Shown here: positions 26,641 through 38,255 of the stretch, piece by piece
Numbering within the stretch: position 1 is the first letter of the stretch
How the letters are laid out: each line of letters begins with the position of its first letter
Assembly (NCBI GenBank): GCA_047495785.1
Contig: JBLDXI010000007.1
Location: forward strand, 3,472,001 to 3,536,000
Direction of reading: 5' to 3'
Origin: Lepidodermella squamata
Taxonomy: Eukaryota; Animalia; Gastrotricha
DNA: 64,000 nucleotides
Program-made: the position numbers and the translations under genes
The notes under the pieces: generated by a model
What the model was told of the DNA's origin: nothing
Databases searched by the model: none
What the model saw: the letters and a program-made list of their open reading frames with translations, nothing else

Positions 26641-26813
26641 CTTCCCGCACTGTTCATCCCGCAGTCATCTCGCGCATTATCCCGCCCGGGATATAGTGTT
26701 GGGCGACTGCAGGAAAAACGCGGGATGACTGTGCGATGACTGCAGGACAGCTGTGAAATACGCAGTAGTTCGTCGCGCCCTAACCCAACAATATCGCGCA
26801 CGACTGTGGGAAG
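26641..26813. repeat. Small GC-rich imperfect foldback (possible MITE-like element)
   Basis: CTTCCCGCAC/CATCCCGCAGTCATC on the left; GATGACTGCAGG, GCGGGATGACTG and GACTGTGGGAAG on the right. Confidence 0.3.
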
Positions 26814-27214
26814 ATGGCCGATGTATAGATTAAAAAGCACAGACATAGCATTGCGTCAGCAAAAATCAATGCACCGAAATAACTGGCAACAATCCCGCCT
26901 ACGTTCTGTCACCCGAGACATCTTGGAGGTTGATCGTCAATAATTCGGTTCACAACAGCAAAATATGTATTTATGATTTCTGAAAAAAACGGCGTATTGG
27001 CGTCTTGCGTCTGGCGTCATCGCTGCAGTAACGTAGTATTCCTTTTTAATAATTCAACTCGGATGCTCGGATTAACAAAGGCATTGAGCTAGTAATTAGG
27101 GATTTTTAACCCCAACGATCATGTGGTGATTGGATTACGACAAATCATGTGAAGAATATTGCTTATGATCTGTAAGAAGATGCGACGTCTGTGGCGAGGC
27201 ATTTTTACACTCGG

Positions 27215-27564
27215 GTTTAAACTGAAGGTTCTAATACCGTCTATTTCAAAACTCCAGCATCCAGCACTACTGGCGCAGTTGGTTTATTCATTTAGCGTTG
27301 GCGCCGAGTTCGTGTTAGACATAGCCGCTGTTATTTCCCGCCCCATCCGCCTGCTGCCGATAGCCTGGACCTAGTACTGGATTCGAGCTGATCAACATTG
27401 AAGACCAGTGCCTGAAAATTGTGCTGAACAAAGTGATTGGGAGGTTCTGGAAAGGTGCCAAAAATGTTGCTGGACACGATTGATAATGGGTTATCAGTAA
27501 CATCATACCTTTCTGCGGGACCTAAATCGGCCATTGCAGAACCCATTTGATACAAAACACACAT
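27215..27564 (-). pseudogene. Degraded remnant resembling the lectin-like domain family of this cluster
   Basis: Fragments NPLSIVSSNIFGTF, HNFQALVFNVDQL and WSFEIDGIRTFSL lie in broken frames and resemble IPLTYNVESSAMSGIF, AEFRLIIQTVEDRI and LYIYDIKTYNL elsewhere in the window. Confidence 0.35.
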
Positions 27565-27890
27565 AAAAATGCATTTCGAGTCACGATTCTTTAAGTTGTA
27601 TTATTTCTTTCGGTCAAATTAATTGAGATTTCCAGAAAGATATGTTTTTCTCACTTGCGTCTGCACCCTTTCGAGCTTTGAGAAAACAAACTAGCCTTAA
27701 TTGTTCATAGAGTTGAGCTCCAACGTTAGACTCGGACAAGAGCAGAGCATTTCGCATAGACAAAATTCATTGCGCACAAGTCACACGAGGACGAATTAAG
27801 TGCATCCTGTTTTAAATTTCAAAATCAACAGTTGCAGTTTGCGAACAATTTTTAACGAGAAATCTCGAAAATTGCCAGAGAATTCAAAGA

Positions 27891-30218
27891 ATGAAGTTAA
27901 CAGAGATTATTCTGGTTATAACTTTGATGCCTGGCAGCTATACTGCAAAACCCAACAATATTTCCGTTCTCGTCGTAGTTCCTAAAACTGGCGATGACCC
28001 CAGGAAAGGCGAGGCTTGCATGATAGCAGCTGAGATCGTCCTCGAGGAAATGAACCGGCGAAGCGACTTCCTATTTGATCTCAACATTGTACCCGATTTC
28101 GCCGATGAAGGCCCAAGTGGGACTCTCGCCTCTCAACAACTCGTTAAATACCGCCAGAACGCCATTGACAACAAGGATCAACTTTTCTCCCCAATTTTCG
28201 CTGGCCTCTGGTTTTCTGGGGGTTGCCAGGGCGCATCCCCGACAGTGTCCCATCTCGACATGGTTCAGTCAGCATTTGGCTGTAATAGCCCAACAATGAC
28301 GGCTAGACATGATTTGTACCCGAATATGTACCGAATGCGAGCCGGCGCTGATACCTACCTTTACCCTCGTCTTAAATTCATTCGGGAAATTGGACTCTGG
28401 AACAAATTCGGTTTGATTTCGGACGTCCTCAACGCTGCATCATTCAAATTCGCGATTTCAATGGCAGTTGAAGGGCAAGCCCTCGGATTCGAAATTCCAT
28501 ACTTCGACGTGGTTACAGATATCACAGATCAAACGGTTTACATGATGAAGAAAGCGGATTTGCGAATCGTTGACTCGCCTATGAATTCTGCACCTCTTGT
28601 TCTCAAGCTGCTATGCAAAATGTACGAATACGGCATGACGGGGCCAAGGTATGCGTTTGTTATGCAAATCACTGCATATGTCGAGCCTCTGAGCCTACCC
28701 GAAATGGTCACGCCGACTTGCCGGCGATCTGCGGTTTGGGAACAGTATAAAATCACCTTTTGGATCGGTAGCACAACTCGAATTGTTAGTGACCCGCTGT
28801 TGAAATCAACTTTAGGCTACGACTCAAACGAATTCGATGATAGATTCGACAATAAATGGCAGGCGATGGGGAAAAGTGTTGAGGTAAAACCCGCTGATTA
28901 CGACAAGAGGACTGTTTGCCATGATGGAGTTTTAGCTGCAGTAATTGCTCTTGATTCTACGATAAAACGGCTTGGCAACCTCAATATGACTATAAACGAC
29001 TACGCAAGACATCCCATAATGGTCATGAAAATCGCCAATCAGTCAATGGCGCAGGTGGACTTTGTTGGGCTGAGATTTGGAAGGTTCCGGTATTCGGCTA
29101 GGCTCGAACCTGATGATGATGTTTTTGTGGCTCTTCAGTGGCTCGGCTTTGACCGAGGGGCTCAAATTGTCAGTTGGCTCCAGCGAGCTAACCCGGACGC
29201 TTCTCCGAATAATTACTCCAGTTACTCTGTCGGCAGGAATTCTCTCAAGCCAACCTGGATTACCAACGACCGGAAGCCTCCGAAGGACAGAAGGAACGAG
29301 AAAACCGAACTTTCTGCTATACCCGATGGCTATTTTTGGGCTATCACCAGCTTGGCTTTGTTGAATTTCATTTTTCAAATCTCGTTTGCGACAAGGTTGT
29401 TAATTCTAGATGGTCGCATGGAGAAATCCAAGCTAATGGCACTCACAGGATGTTTTTTCATGAACGCAATGTCTATTTTCCTGGGTTACCCCGTTGTTTC
29501 AGATCAGCATATTTTCGTCTATTTCCTTCAACGTATTTTTGGAGCCTTTTCCATTCTACTGATTCACGGAAGCCTCACCTTTCATATAGTCTTCATCCGT
29601 CACAAGGCGAAAGGGTGTGTTGTTCGCGTCAATCATGTTGTTGACCGCGCTTCTTCTCTTTCAAATGGAGCCAAAGTCAGAAGATTTGTGAAAATCAAAT
29701 ATAGCGTCGATGAAACCGATCTGAAAAGAGGTCAACTAAAATCAATCGCGATATCTGCAATTGGAGCCATTGGTTATCTCGCGATTTGGTTTTCAACCGA
29801 CCCACCTTTAAAAGTCGTAGGTGTTCTTGAAACGGCCAGGCCGTACGATGAGGGTACTGACACCTTCACAATTTATGAAGCTGTCTCGTTCGAGTCGTCA
29901 CAGGAAACAGCGTGGATTGCCCCTTTGGTTGTCGCAAACGCGATCTTATACGCAGCTGTTTCGTGGTTTTCCTACGATATCCGGCGCATGCATTTCAATA
30001 GGTCTCAGACAATCCAGCTCAAGCGATATCGACTCGCAATGGCTAATATGACAACGCTCTTTGTATGTGCTGTTTTACTGGTTTTTGCGCTGGCGAATTA
30101 CGCCGCTGAGAAAATGATCGCTTTGTCGGTAGTTGCGTGGTTGAGCTCTGCGGTTACATCCGTCATTCTACTGAATTTCAACGTCAATGGCTTGAACGTA
30201 ATTCAAGCTCATAAGTAG
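27891..30218 (+). CDS. Class C GPCR, GABA-B-like; paralog B, intronless, 775 aa
   Basis: Signal peptide; VFT (CMIAAEIVLEEMNRRSDFL, LYPNMYRM, LCKMYEYGMTGPRY, VCHDGVLAAVIALD, VDFVGL, KPPKDR); seven hydrophobic segments. Confidence 0.9.
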   Translation: MKLTEIILVITLMPGSYTAKPNNISVLVVVPKTGDDPRKGEACMIAAEIVLEEMNRRSDFLFDLNIVPDFADEGPSGTLASQQLVKYRQNAIDNKDQLFSPIFAGLWFSGGCQGASPTVSHLDMVQSAFGCNSPTMTARHDLYPNMYRMRAGADTYLYPRLKFIREIGLWNKFGLISDVLNAASFKFAISMAVEGQALGFEIPYFDVVTDITDQTVYMMKKADLRIVDSPMNSAPLVLKLLCKMYEYGMTGPRYAFVMQITAYVEPLSLPEMVTPTCRRSAVWEQYKITFWIGSTTRIVSDPLLKSTLGYDSNEFDDRFDNKWQAMGKSVEVKPADYDKRTVCHDGVLAAVIALDSTIKRLGNLNMTINDYARHPIMVMKIANQSMAQVDFVGLRFGRFRYSARLEPDDDVFVALQWLGFDRGAQIVSWLQRANPDASPNNYSSYSVGRNSLKPTWITNDRKPPKDRRNEKTELSAIPDGYFWAITSLALLNFIFQISFATRLLILDGRMEKSKLMALTGCFFMNAMSIFLGYPVVSDQHIFVYFLQRIFGAFSILLIHGSLTFHIVFIRHKAKGCVVRVNHVVDRASSLSNGAKVRRFVKIKYSVDETDLKRGQLKSIAISAIGAIGYLAIWFSTDPPLKVVGVLETARPYDEGTDTFTIYEAVSFESSQETAWIAPLVVANAILYAAVSWFSYDIRRMHFNRSQTIQLKRYRLAMANMTTLFVCAVLLVFALANYAAEKMIALSVVAWLSSAVTSVILLNFNVNGLNVIQAHK

Positions 30219-30688
30219 TTGATAAACATATCTTGCGGTTGACTGCTGATGGGCTAGTACATACAGAAAACTTTAACCACGTAGTAACGATGCTCTTTCT
30301 CGTCATCTTCACAAATCAATCTTTTAATACTAAATTTGTCTGTGTCTTTGTTGAGGAAGTGCATCAAAGTAAAAAAATAGGTGAAGTCTCTTGTTTTTTT
30401 CAAAGTTTCGCGACAAAAAGATGAGTCTCGAAACTCAAAACTGGATTGGATAAAATGGCGAACCGTGAAACAAGCTTAAGGGAAAAGGGAAATCTATGAA
30501 ATCTAAACTGGAAGTACTCCGAATTCGACAACATAACTCCGACCTATCGACTTAGGTATAGCTTCCTCGTTTTTTTCAGTTTTCTTCATTTTGATGTAGG
30601 TTTATTGACGTCAATAACTTTCTATAAAGTCATTTTTCTGTTGATTAACTACATACTCGAATCACCGACTATCAAACTAATCAATAAA

Positions 30689-32338
30689 TCACAGTTCGTC
30701 GTTCGCATTGCAGTCATGGCGCACGGTACCGTCCGGGCAGTCACACAGCATGCTTAGACAACGTTTCGCTCCATTGCAGTCACATATTGCTGCAAATTAA
30801 CAAATAAAACCAAATAGCATATTGTAAAAATGATAGCTAACGTTGTAGGCAGTCGGGCCCGGTTTTCCATTTATCAAAACACGAACAGCTATTTTCAGCT
30901 GAACACCAGCCATTTCGTGGACAGGTTACGTTTCCGCAAATCTCTGCAATTAGAACATTTTATATATTTGCTGAGTCACTAACAATTATCGAACGGTTGT
31001 TGCATGCTGCGCCGGTCCAGCCGGGCTTGCAAACGCATTTGTTATCTCTGATGCAGTAGCCATTGTTGCAGGGGTGGTAACATTTAGCTAAGGCAACGTT
31101 CGCTGAACTATGACTTTCTACCAGTTCAACATTCTTACCTAAATTGTACGTTTTGATATCATAAATGTAGAGATTTTTGTCATGCTCAGAGTGGAAAGCC
31201 AAAACTGGTGGAAGAGCTCTGGAGTCGTTAATTGGCAGATACTCCTTGAACATTAGTCCATTCGCAAGAGTTTGACACGAATCAAAGTCGCAGTATTCGA
31301 CCCAGATTTGACTGCCGCCTCTCACAACAACTCCTAGGTGAAATCGGTCCTCGAACATAGGCGATTTTGGTCTGATCCGGAATTCGTTATTAGGTGCTGT
31401 TGCACTGATGGCCTTGGCAACATTAGCAATTCTCAAATATAAATCAGAGTCTGTTTCGTTCAACGTAACGTATTTGACCTGTAACCCAGCGAAGAAACTA
31501 CTTTCGTTATGACCGCCTGGGTAGGCTAATGTCCATCGATTTGATGAGTTCGTTAGTGGGCCGAAGAAAAACGTCCCGCCAACATGGCGAGTGATGAAAA
31601 AAGTCACGTTGATCGAAAAATCTGTGAGCTGCATCGCCTGAAAAAGAGACAACTCCAATTCAAAGCATTATGAATTGGGAATATATTACATTTGTGCTGA
31701 TAATATAAGCCCGGTACCAGGACGAGGAATCATCATGAGCCATTCGAAGAATGTAGTCTGTGTAGAACATTCTACCATCGCCACCGAATCGAGCGTAACA
31801 CCAATACTTCTCTAAAACAGCAGCTATCAACGATCAGCCGATGAATGGACACCAAAACCTACGACTCCTTCCATCTGCGATCCAGCTGAATTCAGGTTCA
31901 TACTTGAGCGGATTCATTGGCGGGTTGCCAATCACTGAAATAAACTATTATCAGTTTATTTACTCATGGGCGAAGGAATTATATGCCTTCGGAACAATCG
32001 GAGCCGGTGAATCTTGCCAAACATGTGCATATTCCAGGGCTGGTGCATAGACCTCCGGCCATGGAGCATTTGTCACAGATTGCTAGAGATTCGAGAGCTA
32101 AAGATCTCGTGGGAATAGAGGAATCGAATATGCATTACGAGTCGCGCATGTAGATCCAGTCCAGCCGCCAATGCATTGGCATTTATTTGTGGCGATACAG
32201 GTGCCTCCATTGATGCAAGGACTGCTGCAAGCTAAATGTAAGAAATGCAAATCTTTTGGAAGCAACATAGTCAAACATACTTTGCCCTCGTACAAGCCCT
32301 GCGTTAATAAGAGAAAAAAGAGTTATTGCCGCGAACAT
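30689..32338 (-). CDS. Secreted EGF + lectin-like domain protein; paralog 2
   Basis: Same exon structure as paralog 1 and clearly similar DNA; signal exon MFAAITLFSLINAGLVRGQ; GC-AG intron at 31935-31986. Confidence 0.8.
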
Positions 32339-32808
32339 GTCATCGAAAAGTAATTTTAACTGCGGATTTGCCTAAACCTATTTGAGTGTATAGCAGAATT
32401 TCTAAGAATATTCCAATGCTGCCGTAAGAAGTATAGCAGCCTTGGTCACATGGCATTCCGTCCAAAAACACGTCACCAAAATCAATTTATCTTCTGGCAA
32501 CAGCCCCGCACAAACTGTCGCTTGAATTTGCACGAGGTGTGATGATCGATAAACTCTAAATTCGGTGCACCAAAAACAAAAAATCATTTGATAACGGACG
32601 TTCACATTCGCATATTTACATGTTCGCATATTGACATATTTATGGTCCCAGGGTGCTTCATTTCATCATCTTGCTCAATTTTACACTAATGGTAACATGT
32701 CTACCTGGCGATAAAACGAACAAGCAGCTACATTTAGGCCGTGTTTTATTAAAAAAACTCTTGTTTCGGTTATAGGGGTTTCGTCATGGTGTAGAATAGA
32801 TAGATTCA

Positions 32809-33614
32809 TTATTTTGTAACGTAAATATAGCGACAGTAAAGATTGCTCTCGTGGTCGGAATGAACACATTGAAGTGGCGGCAAGGCTCTTGTGTCATTTA
32901 TCGGCAGATATTCCTCAAACATGAAGCCATTCACTAGATTGCGGCACGAGTTCAAATCGCAGTAATCGACCCAGATTTGATTGCCGGCTCTGACAACTAT
33001 GCCGAGTTGAAATCGCCCTTCGAACATTGGCGATTTGATGTTTACTCTCACCTCGTTATTCGGCGCCGTAGCGCTTAGCGGCTTCGCAACGCTAGCGAGT
33101 CGCACTATTAATTGAGCGTCAGTTTCGTTTATAGAAGCATATTTCACTTGCAATCCAGCGAAGAAAGCTCAATGGGTTCATTGGCGGGTTTCCAATTACT
33201 TTAGAAAATTTCGGAAATTTATCTTATAGCATCAAAATTGATCTTGCCTTGAGAACAATCTGATCCGTTAAACCTCGCTAAACAGCTGCAAACGCCTGGA
33301 CTGGAGCAAAAGCCTCCCGCTAATGAGCATTTGTCGCACATCGCTGTAATTGTGAATGTTACCAATTTTGAGAGAACAATGCAAGGTTGAAATACGAGTC
33401 GCGCAGGTCGCTCCAGTCCAACCGCCGATGCATTGGCATGTGTTTGCAGCAACACAGGTGCCACCATTCTGACAGGCACTACTGCAAGCTTTAATCCGAG
33501 TTTTAGAAGAAATAGTTCCGGTGTATATAACGGTAACTTACTTTGACTTTGAACGCATCCTGTGCCCAAAAGAAGCAGTAGAACGGTAACCAGCAGATTG
33601 GGTTTTTCTAACAT
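32809..33614 (-). pseudogene. EGF + lectin-like protein paralog 3 with an internal deletion and frameshift
   Basis: Signal and two EGF exons are intact. Exon 4 (IGNPPMNPLS) is joined out of frame near 33166 directly to FFAGLQVKY in the middle of the lectin-like domain; about 0.4 kb present in paralogs 1 and 2 is missing. Confidence 0.75.
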
Positions 33615-34277
33615 TTATTATCTAACGATGTAGGGAAGTTGTCCCTATCAGCCGAATCGAAACACCAAATAATTATCTTGTAATCTGCTTCGCAGTTATT
33701 ATTGCGGCTGCGAAATCATCGATCGTTGTCAACGTAAACAACTGCTTGTCATGTGATATTTTGGCGGGTGTGAAAAATCGGTTTCATATCGATAAAGACA
33801 AGGCGTAGCTTCGCGGCAACAATATTGGCTGAAAGACAGCTTGCTTGCAAAATCGCCGGTTGGATTTTGCGTTGAATATTATGCTCAACTAATGTATGGA
33901 TTTGACTCAAAGATTGTGCAGGGTATGTTAGTTTGAAGCTACAATATGATGTATGATGAGAAAAAACGCGTGTGAAATTCTGTTTCACCAGTTTCGCTTC
34001 TGGTTTAGGATATATTTTTAGTTTCCCCTGAGCTCAACTCGTAAATTGACCGTAAATTGGGCAGTTGGAAAGCTGGTATTTTCTCATTTCGTGGAGTGAT
34101 GGCCCCCGGGATCCGGCCTAATTATCGTTCTTAGCTGTGGTGGCTGTCGTTTATTCGTCGAATTTCACAGCATTTTGGCGGTAATCGTTATTGAAAAATA
34201 ATCCAAGGTGGGCATTACTCGAAAAACTCTAACGATTTATTTTCTCTTGAGTGAGACATTATTACGTAAAATGTATG

Positions 34278-36629
34278 TCATTGTCGTCCGAAAACTGCAG
34301 ACTCTCCTGGTAACAACATTATCACGCTTGTAGTTAAAGAAGCTAAGAGGGCAATAACGGCTAGAGCCATGGTTTGACCAATAAGATAGTTGCTTAAAAT
34401 TAAGAAAACGAGTACAGTTAGTCCGTAAAGTGACGTCAGATTCCATTGGGCAAGCCTGATTTTCGTGAGCTCCACTTTGAATTCATTTTGAATCTTGTAG
34501 TGTCGAAGTTCAAAAGCAAACCACGCTCCAATATTGATTATGAGCCCACCAAAAGCTACCCAAGCAGCGAAAAAATAGCCTTGATACGTTGAATTGAAGT
34601 AGAAAGATCGAACTAATCGAAAAGTATCAGTCTCAGCATCATACCGACTCAGCTCTCGTATGACTTCGTAATAGGGTTCCACTCGATCGACCGAGAACCA
34701 GACTATCAAATAAAGTGCGGAAGCTGCTACGAAAACTGCCAGGTAAATACGGGTGAATTTCCGAACATGGGCTTTGTTTATAATGTTTAATTTGGAATTC
34801 GTCTTGGCGCGTTTTACTACCGCAGCTTTTGGGTGGAGGTTGTAATATAGCATCCTAGAACTTGGCGGAGTAGTTTGGCTGCGTCGCACTGATCGATAGT
34901 GAGACCAAAGGATGAATAATCTGCTGAACAAAGTACCTTCCAAAATCGCCATGGCAATGAGCGGGATAGCGCGTTGAAAGTAGAATATCGTGTAGGAAAA
35001 CCAAGGCTCAACAATGACAGCCAACGAAATCGAGGATGCATTGAGCAGGATGCAACCGATTATGACCATAACTTGAATGAAGTGAATGCCATGCTCTCGT
35101 TTCAGTTTGTAAAAGCAAGCTCCAATCTGAGCGATCGTAACAAGTGATCCTGAGATCGCAACAGCGTAGAAGAATTGGATAGATACTGCACTGGTCAATC
35201 TCATCTCATTTCTACGGTCCCGTGGAGGTTTCTTGTCTCCCGTTTGCCAAGTTGGAACATTCAGATAGTTGATTTTCGAATAACCTGCAAAGTTGAGCGG
35301 AGCATTCGGACCGCTCCTTCGAATAGAGCTGATGAATTCGATGCCAATGTTCTTCTTCAACTGGGCCACTACAAACAAGTCATCATCTGGCTCTAGACGA
35401 GATGAGTAGTTAAATCTGCCCATTCTAAGCCCAACATAATCAATCTCAGCGAACGATTGATTTAGCACTTGATTAATTGTATCTGGTTTATATCTGTAGA
35501 GATCAAGGCTGAGATTCATTTTTTGAAGTTTCTTCTCGGTCGAATCTAGCGCTACTAGCCCGGCTAAAGTTGCGTCGTGACATAGGATCCTCTTGTCATA
35601 ATCTGCAGGCCGTGAGGTGAAGGAACCATTGTTCATTTTTACCCATTTTTCGTCGAATCTTCTATCGAATTCTGCGAGATTGTAACCTAGGGTGCTTTTC
35701 ATCGTCATATCATCGACATTTTGCGAGGTTGAACCGACCCAAAAAGTGAACCTCATCTGCTCCCATAGTATCTCCCGTGTACAATTCGGCGCAATTTGGT
35801 TATCGGCAATAATATTCGGATCTATGATGTTTGTATAAATTGGGACGAAGACGTATTTCGATCCAGTTATCTCCAGGTTATGCGCGACGCAAAGAAATTT
35901 CGCGATCATCGCCCCCGTTTGTATCATTAGTACAATAACGCGCACATCGGAAGTTCGTAAAGACAACAAAGTGCTCTCCTCTACGTCTGTGATAACTTCA
36001 AAGTATGGAATTTCAAAGCCATTAGCCATTCCTTCGTTGAGGAGGGAAATTGACAAAGCATAGGCGCTGTTCGCATCAGATAATATGCCAAATCTGCGCC
36101 ACTTTCCTATGTCGTGGATGAAGCGTAGGAAACCGTAGATGCCAACCTCTGAACCAGATCGAATTTTGTAAAGATTAGGGTAGAGCTTCCTATTTCCGCT
36201 GATTGACGGATGGTTGCAGCCGACAGCTGAGTGCGTCATATCCAGGAATGAAACCACAGGACCTGCGGCTTTACAACCGCCTGAGAACCAAGGTCCGATG
36301 AATAATGGGGCCAATGGGAAGTCTTCATCGCGTCGAAATTCTCGATTGGTGTCGATGAGAACTTTTGCCATGAAGCTACTCCCGGCTCCCTCGTCCCTGT
36401 ATAAAGGGAGAAGATTATAACCGGGTAGAAATTCGTCTCGCTTGTTCGCTTCTTCCACGGCGATTTCAGTTGCGATAAGGCAGGCTTCACCTTTTCGAGG
36501 AGCATCGCCTGTAAGACCGAGAAAAACTAGCATAGACATATTCTTGCTTCGATAAGGATCTTGAGCGATTGCAAGGGCGGTGAACAATGAAGTTTCGAGC
36601 ATAATTGCTAAACAACATCTTAGAAGCAT
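34278..36629 (-). CDS. Class C GPCR, GABA-B-like; paralog C, intronless, 783 aa
   Basis: Aligns end to end with paralog B (TGDAPRKGEACLIA, GPWFSGGC, LYPNLYKIRSG, DYDKRILCHD, RLEPDDD, KPPRDRR); 7TM. Confidence 0.9.
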   Translation of the reverse strand: MLLRCCLAIMLETSLFTALAIAQDPYRSKNMSMLVFLGLTGDAPRKGEACLIATEIAVEEANKRDEFLPGYNLLPLYRDEGAGSSFMAKVLIDTNREFRRDEDFPLAPLFIGPWFSGGCKAAGPVVSFLDMTHSAVGCNHPSISGNRKLYPNLYKIRSGSEVGIYGFLRFIHDIGKWRRFGILSDANSAYALSISLLNEGMANGFEIPYFEVITDVEESTLLSLRTSDVRVIVLMIQTGAMIAKFLCVAHNLEITGSKYVFVPIYTNIIDPNIIADNQIAPNCTREILWEQMRFTFWVGSTSQNVDDMTMKSTLGYNLAEFDRRFDEKWVKMNNGSFTSRPADYDKRILCHDATLAGLVALDSTEKKLQKMNLSLDLYRYKPDTINQVLNQSFAEIDYVGLRMGRFNYSSRLEPDDDLFVVAQLKKNIGIEFISSIRRSGPNAPLNFAGYSKINYLNVPTWQTGDKKPPRDRRNEMRLTSAVSIQFFYAVAISGSLVTIAQIGACFYKLKREHGIHFIQVMVIIGCILLNASSISLAVIVEPWFSYTIFYFQRAIPLIAMAILEGTLFSRLFILWSHYRSVRRSQTTPPSSRMLYYNLHPKAAVVKRAKTNSKLNIINKAHVRKFTRIYLAVFVAASALYLIVWFSVDRVEPYYEVIRELSRYDAETDTFRLVRSFYFNSTYQGYFFAAWVAFGGLIINIGAWFAFELRHYKIQNEFKVELTKIRLAQWNLTSLYGLTVLVFLILSNYLIGQTMALAVIALLASLTTSVIMLLPGESAVFGRQ

Positions 36630-37515
36630 TTTTTTAAAAGCGACTTTTTGAGCAAAATAAGCCGCGCTTTATATGCGATTAGCTGACTGATGCAATCAGA
36701 CACCAGAGACTACTTTTCTCTCGAGAAATTCGAATCTTCATGATATCCGGAATGATGGCCATTGATCTAGGAAATATTGCCGTCACAACTCAAGTATGTC
36801 GCTATCCGATCATAGATTGTTATTTGCAAAGTTAGGGGGCGTCGAAAATGTCGGATTCGATAATTGTTCTAGCCAGCTTGAAAGTGGCACGTGACATTTA
36901 ATAATTCAAAATTAATATTTCCCTCACTAAAACGAATGCTTTTTACTTGTCCACTCAAGTCTGAAAGCTTACATCCGGATTTTCGACTCCGCTAGCCGTC
37001 AACGGTATATTATTCAAGTGCGTTTCAGGAAGCCTACTGACCAGCCATTTTCCTCGTTTATGCTGAGAAGCGAGGATAAGAAGCTGTTTTGACGTGGAAA
37101 AAGAGAAACAGGCTTGTCGTCCACATTAATGTTTTACCTGAGCAAATCTGGTCAAATCATGTGAAAATCTAGTGAGATATCGAATGCAATGTATCTCTCT
37201 GCCAAATTCAATCAAGCGTATATTAATGGAACAGTTTTCTGAAATTGTTCCCAGCGAGCAGGGACAGTAGAAGGCTTCAAACCGGAAAAACATCAGGTAA
37301 GTGACTCCACTAGGTTAGAAAAGCCGATGAATTTCTCGGGTAGAAACAAATCGGTAGGCAGGGGCACATTGAAGTTTGTGAAATCACAGAGAAATTACAG
37401 GACTTTGCTTTGATGGTGTTAAGGGCGTGCCACAAACGCGTGTCAAATCACCAATTCAGTCGTCAACATTCAAATCGCCGTGCTTTTAGCATTTTTTGCA
37501 AAAAATCCTCATGAT

Positions 37516-37687
37516 GATTTGCTTATTTGAATTTGACTGGACCCATGCCACAAACGAACATTCAAATGCGCTAATTCAAATAAGCTTTTTTGCTATCAAC
37601 GTCCACGAAAAAAACTAGAAATGGAGCCTCCTGGAATCGAACTTGCGTTCTCTAGAAATTGAAGCTAGTGCCCCAACCAATGAGCAA
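37516..37687 (-). mobile_element. tRNA-derived SINE-like element, copy 1
   Basis: Minus strand: TTGCTCATTGGTT (A-box-like) and AAGTTCGATTCCA (B-box-like), followed by a ~90-bp body shared with copy 2. Confidence 0.6.
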
Positions 37688-37806
37688 TGGTGGATTGATA
37701 GAAGACACGCATTCTTTTTGCACATATTGCCGACTATTGTTTTCAAGTCGTTGATCCAACTGATAGAAAAAAAATAGTTTTCATGGGAAAATTAATTGTG
37801 GCGTAG

Positions 37807-37981
37807 TTGCTCATTGGTCTGAGCACTTTCCTCAATCACTAAAGATCGCAAGTTCGATTCCACAAGTCTCCGTTCTTATTTTCGTCTTCGTGAACGTGTG
37901 ATAGCAAAAAAGCTTATTTGAATTAGCGCATTCGAATGTTCGTTTGTGGCATGGGTCCCGTCAAATTCAAATAAGCAAATC
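37807..37981 (+). mobile_element. tRNA-derived SINE-like element, copy 2 (inverted, head-to-head with copy 1)
   Basis: TTGCTCATTGGTC...AAGTTCGATTCCA, then body GATAGCAAAAAAGCTTATTTGAATTAGCGCATT...GTCAAATTCAAATAAGCAAATC, nearly identical to the reverse complement of 37516-37600. Confidence 0.6.
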
Positions 37982-38255
37982 GTTAAATACGACTGCGCGG
38001 TGTTTTTTGCAAAATCAAGAAGCAAACACGAGTCTGTGGCCCGCCCTTTACATTGCAACCAGTAAACAGCAAAATTTGGGCTTCCACCGCAACGAAAGCC
38101 GGGTTGGCCTTCTTGCTAATACACTTGTGATTTTATTTGATCAACGCCTTCTGACTTTTTTTTATCTAGTTTTAAGCCATATGACCAAATATAATGGAAC
38201 TGAAATCGATTTTAACATTAACCTTTTACGCTTTCAGCTTACACCATAAATGACG

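Noticed and set aside
37620-37875. Two functional tRNA genes
   Set aside because: A/B-box-like motifs are present, but acceptor and anticodon stems pair poorly and both continue into a shared non-tRNA body.
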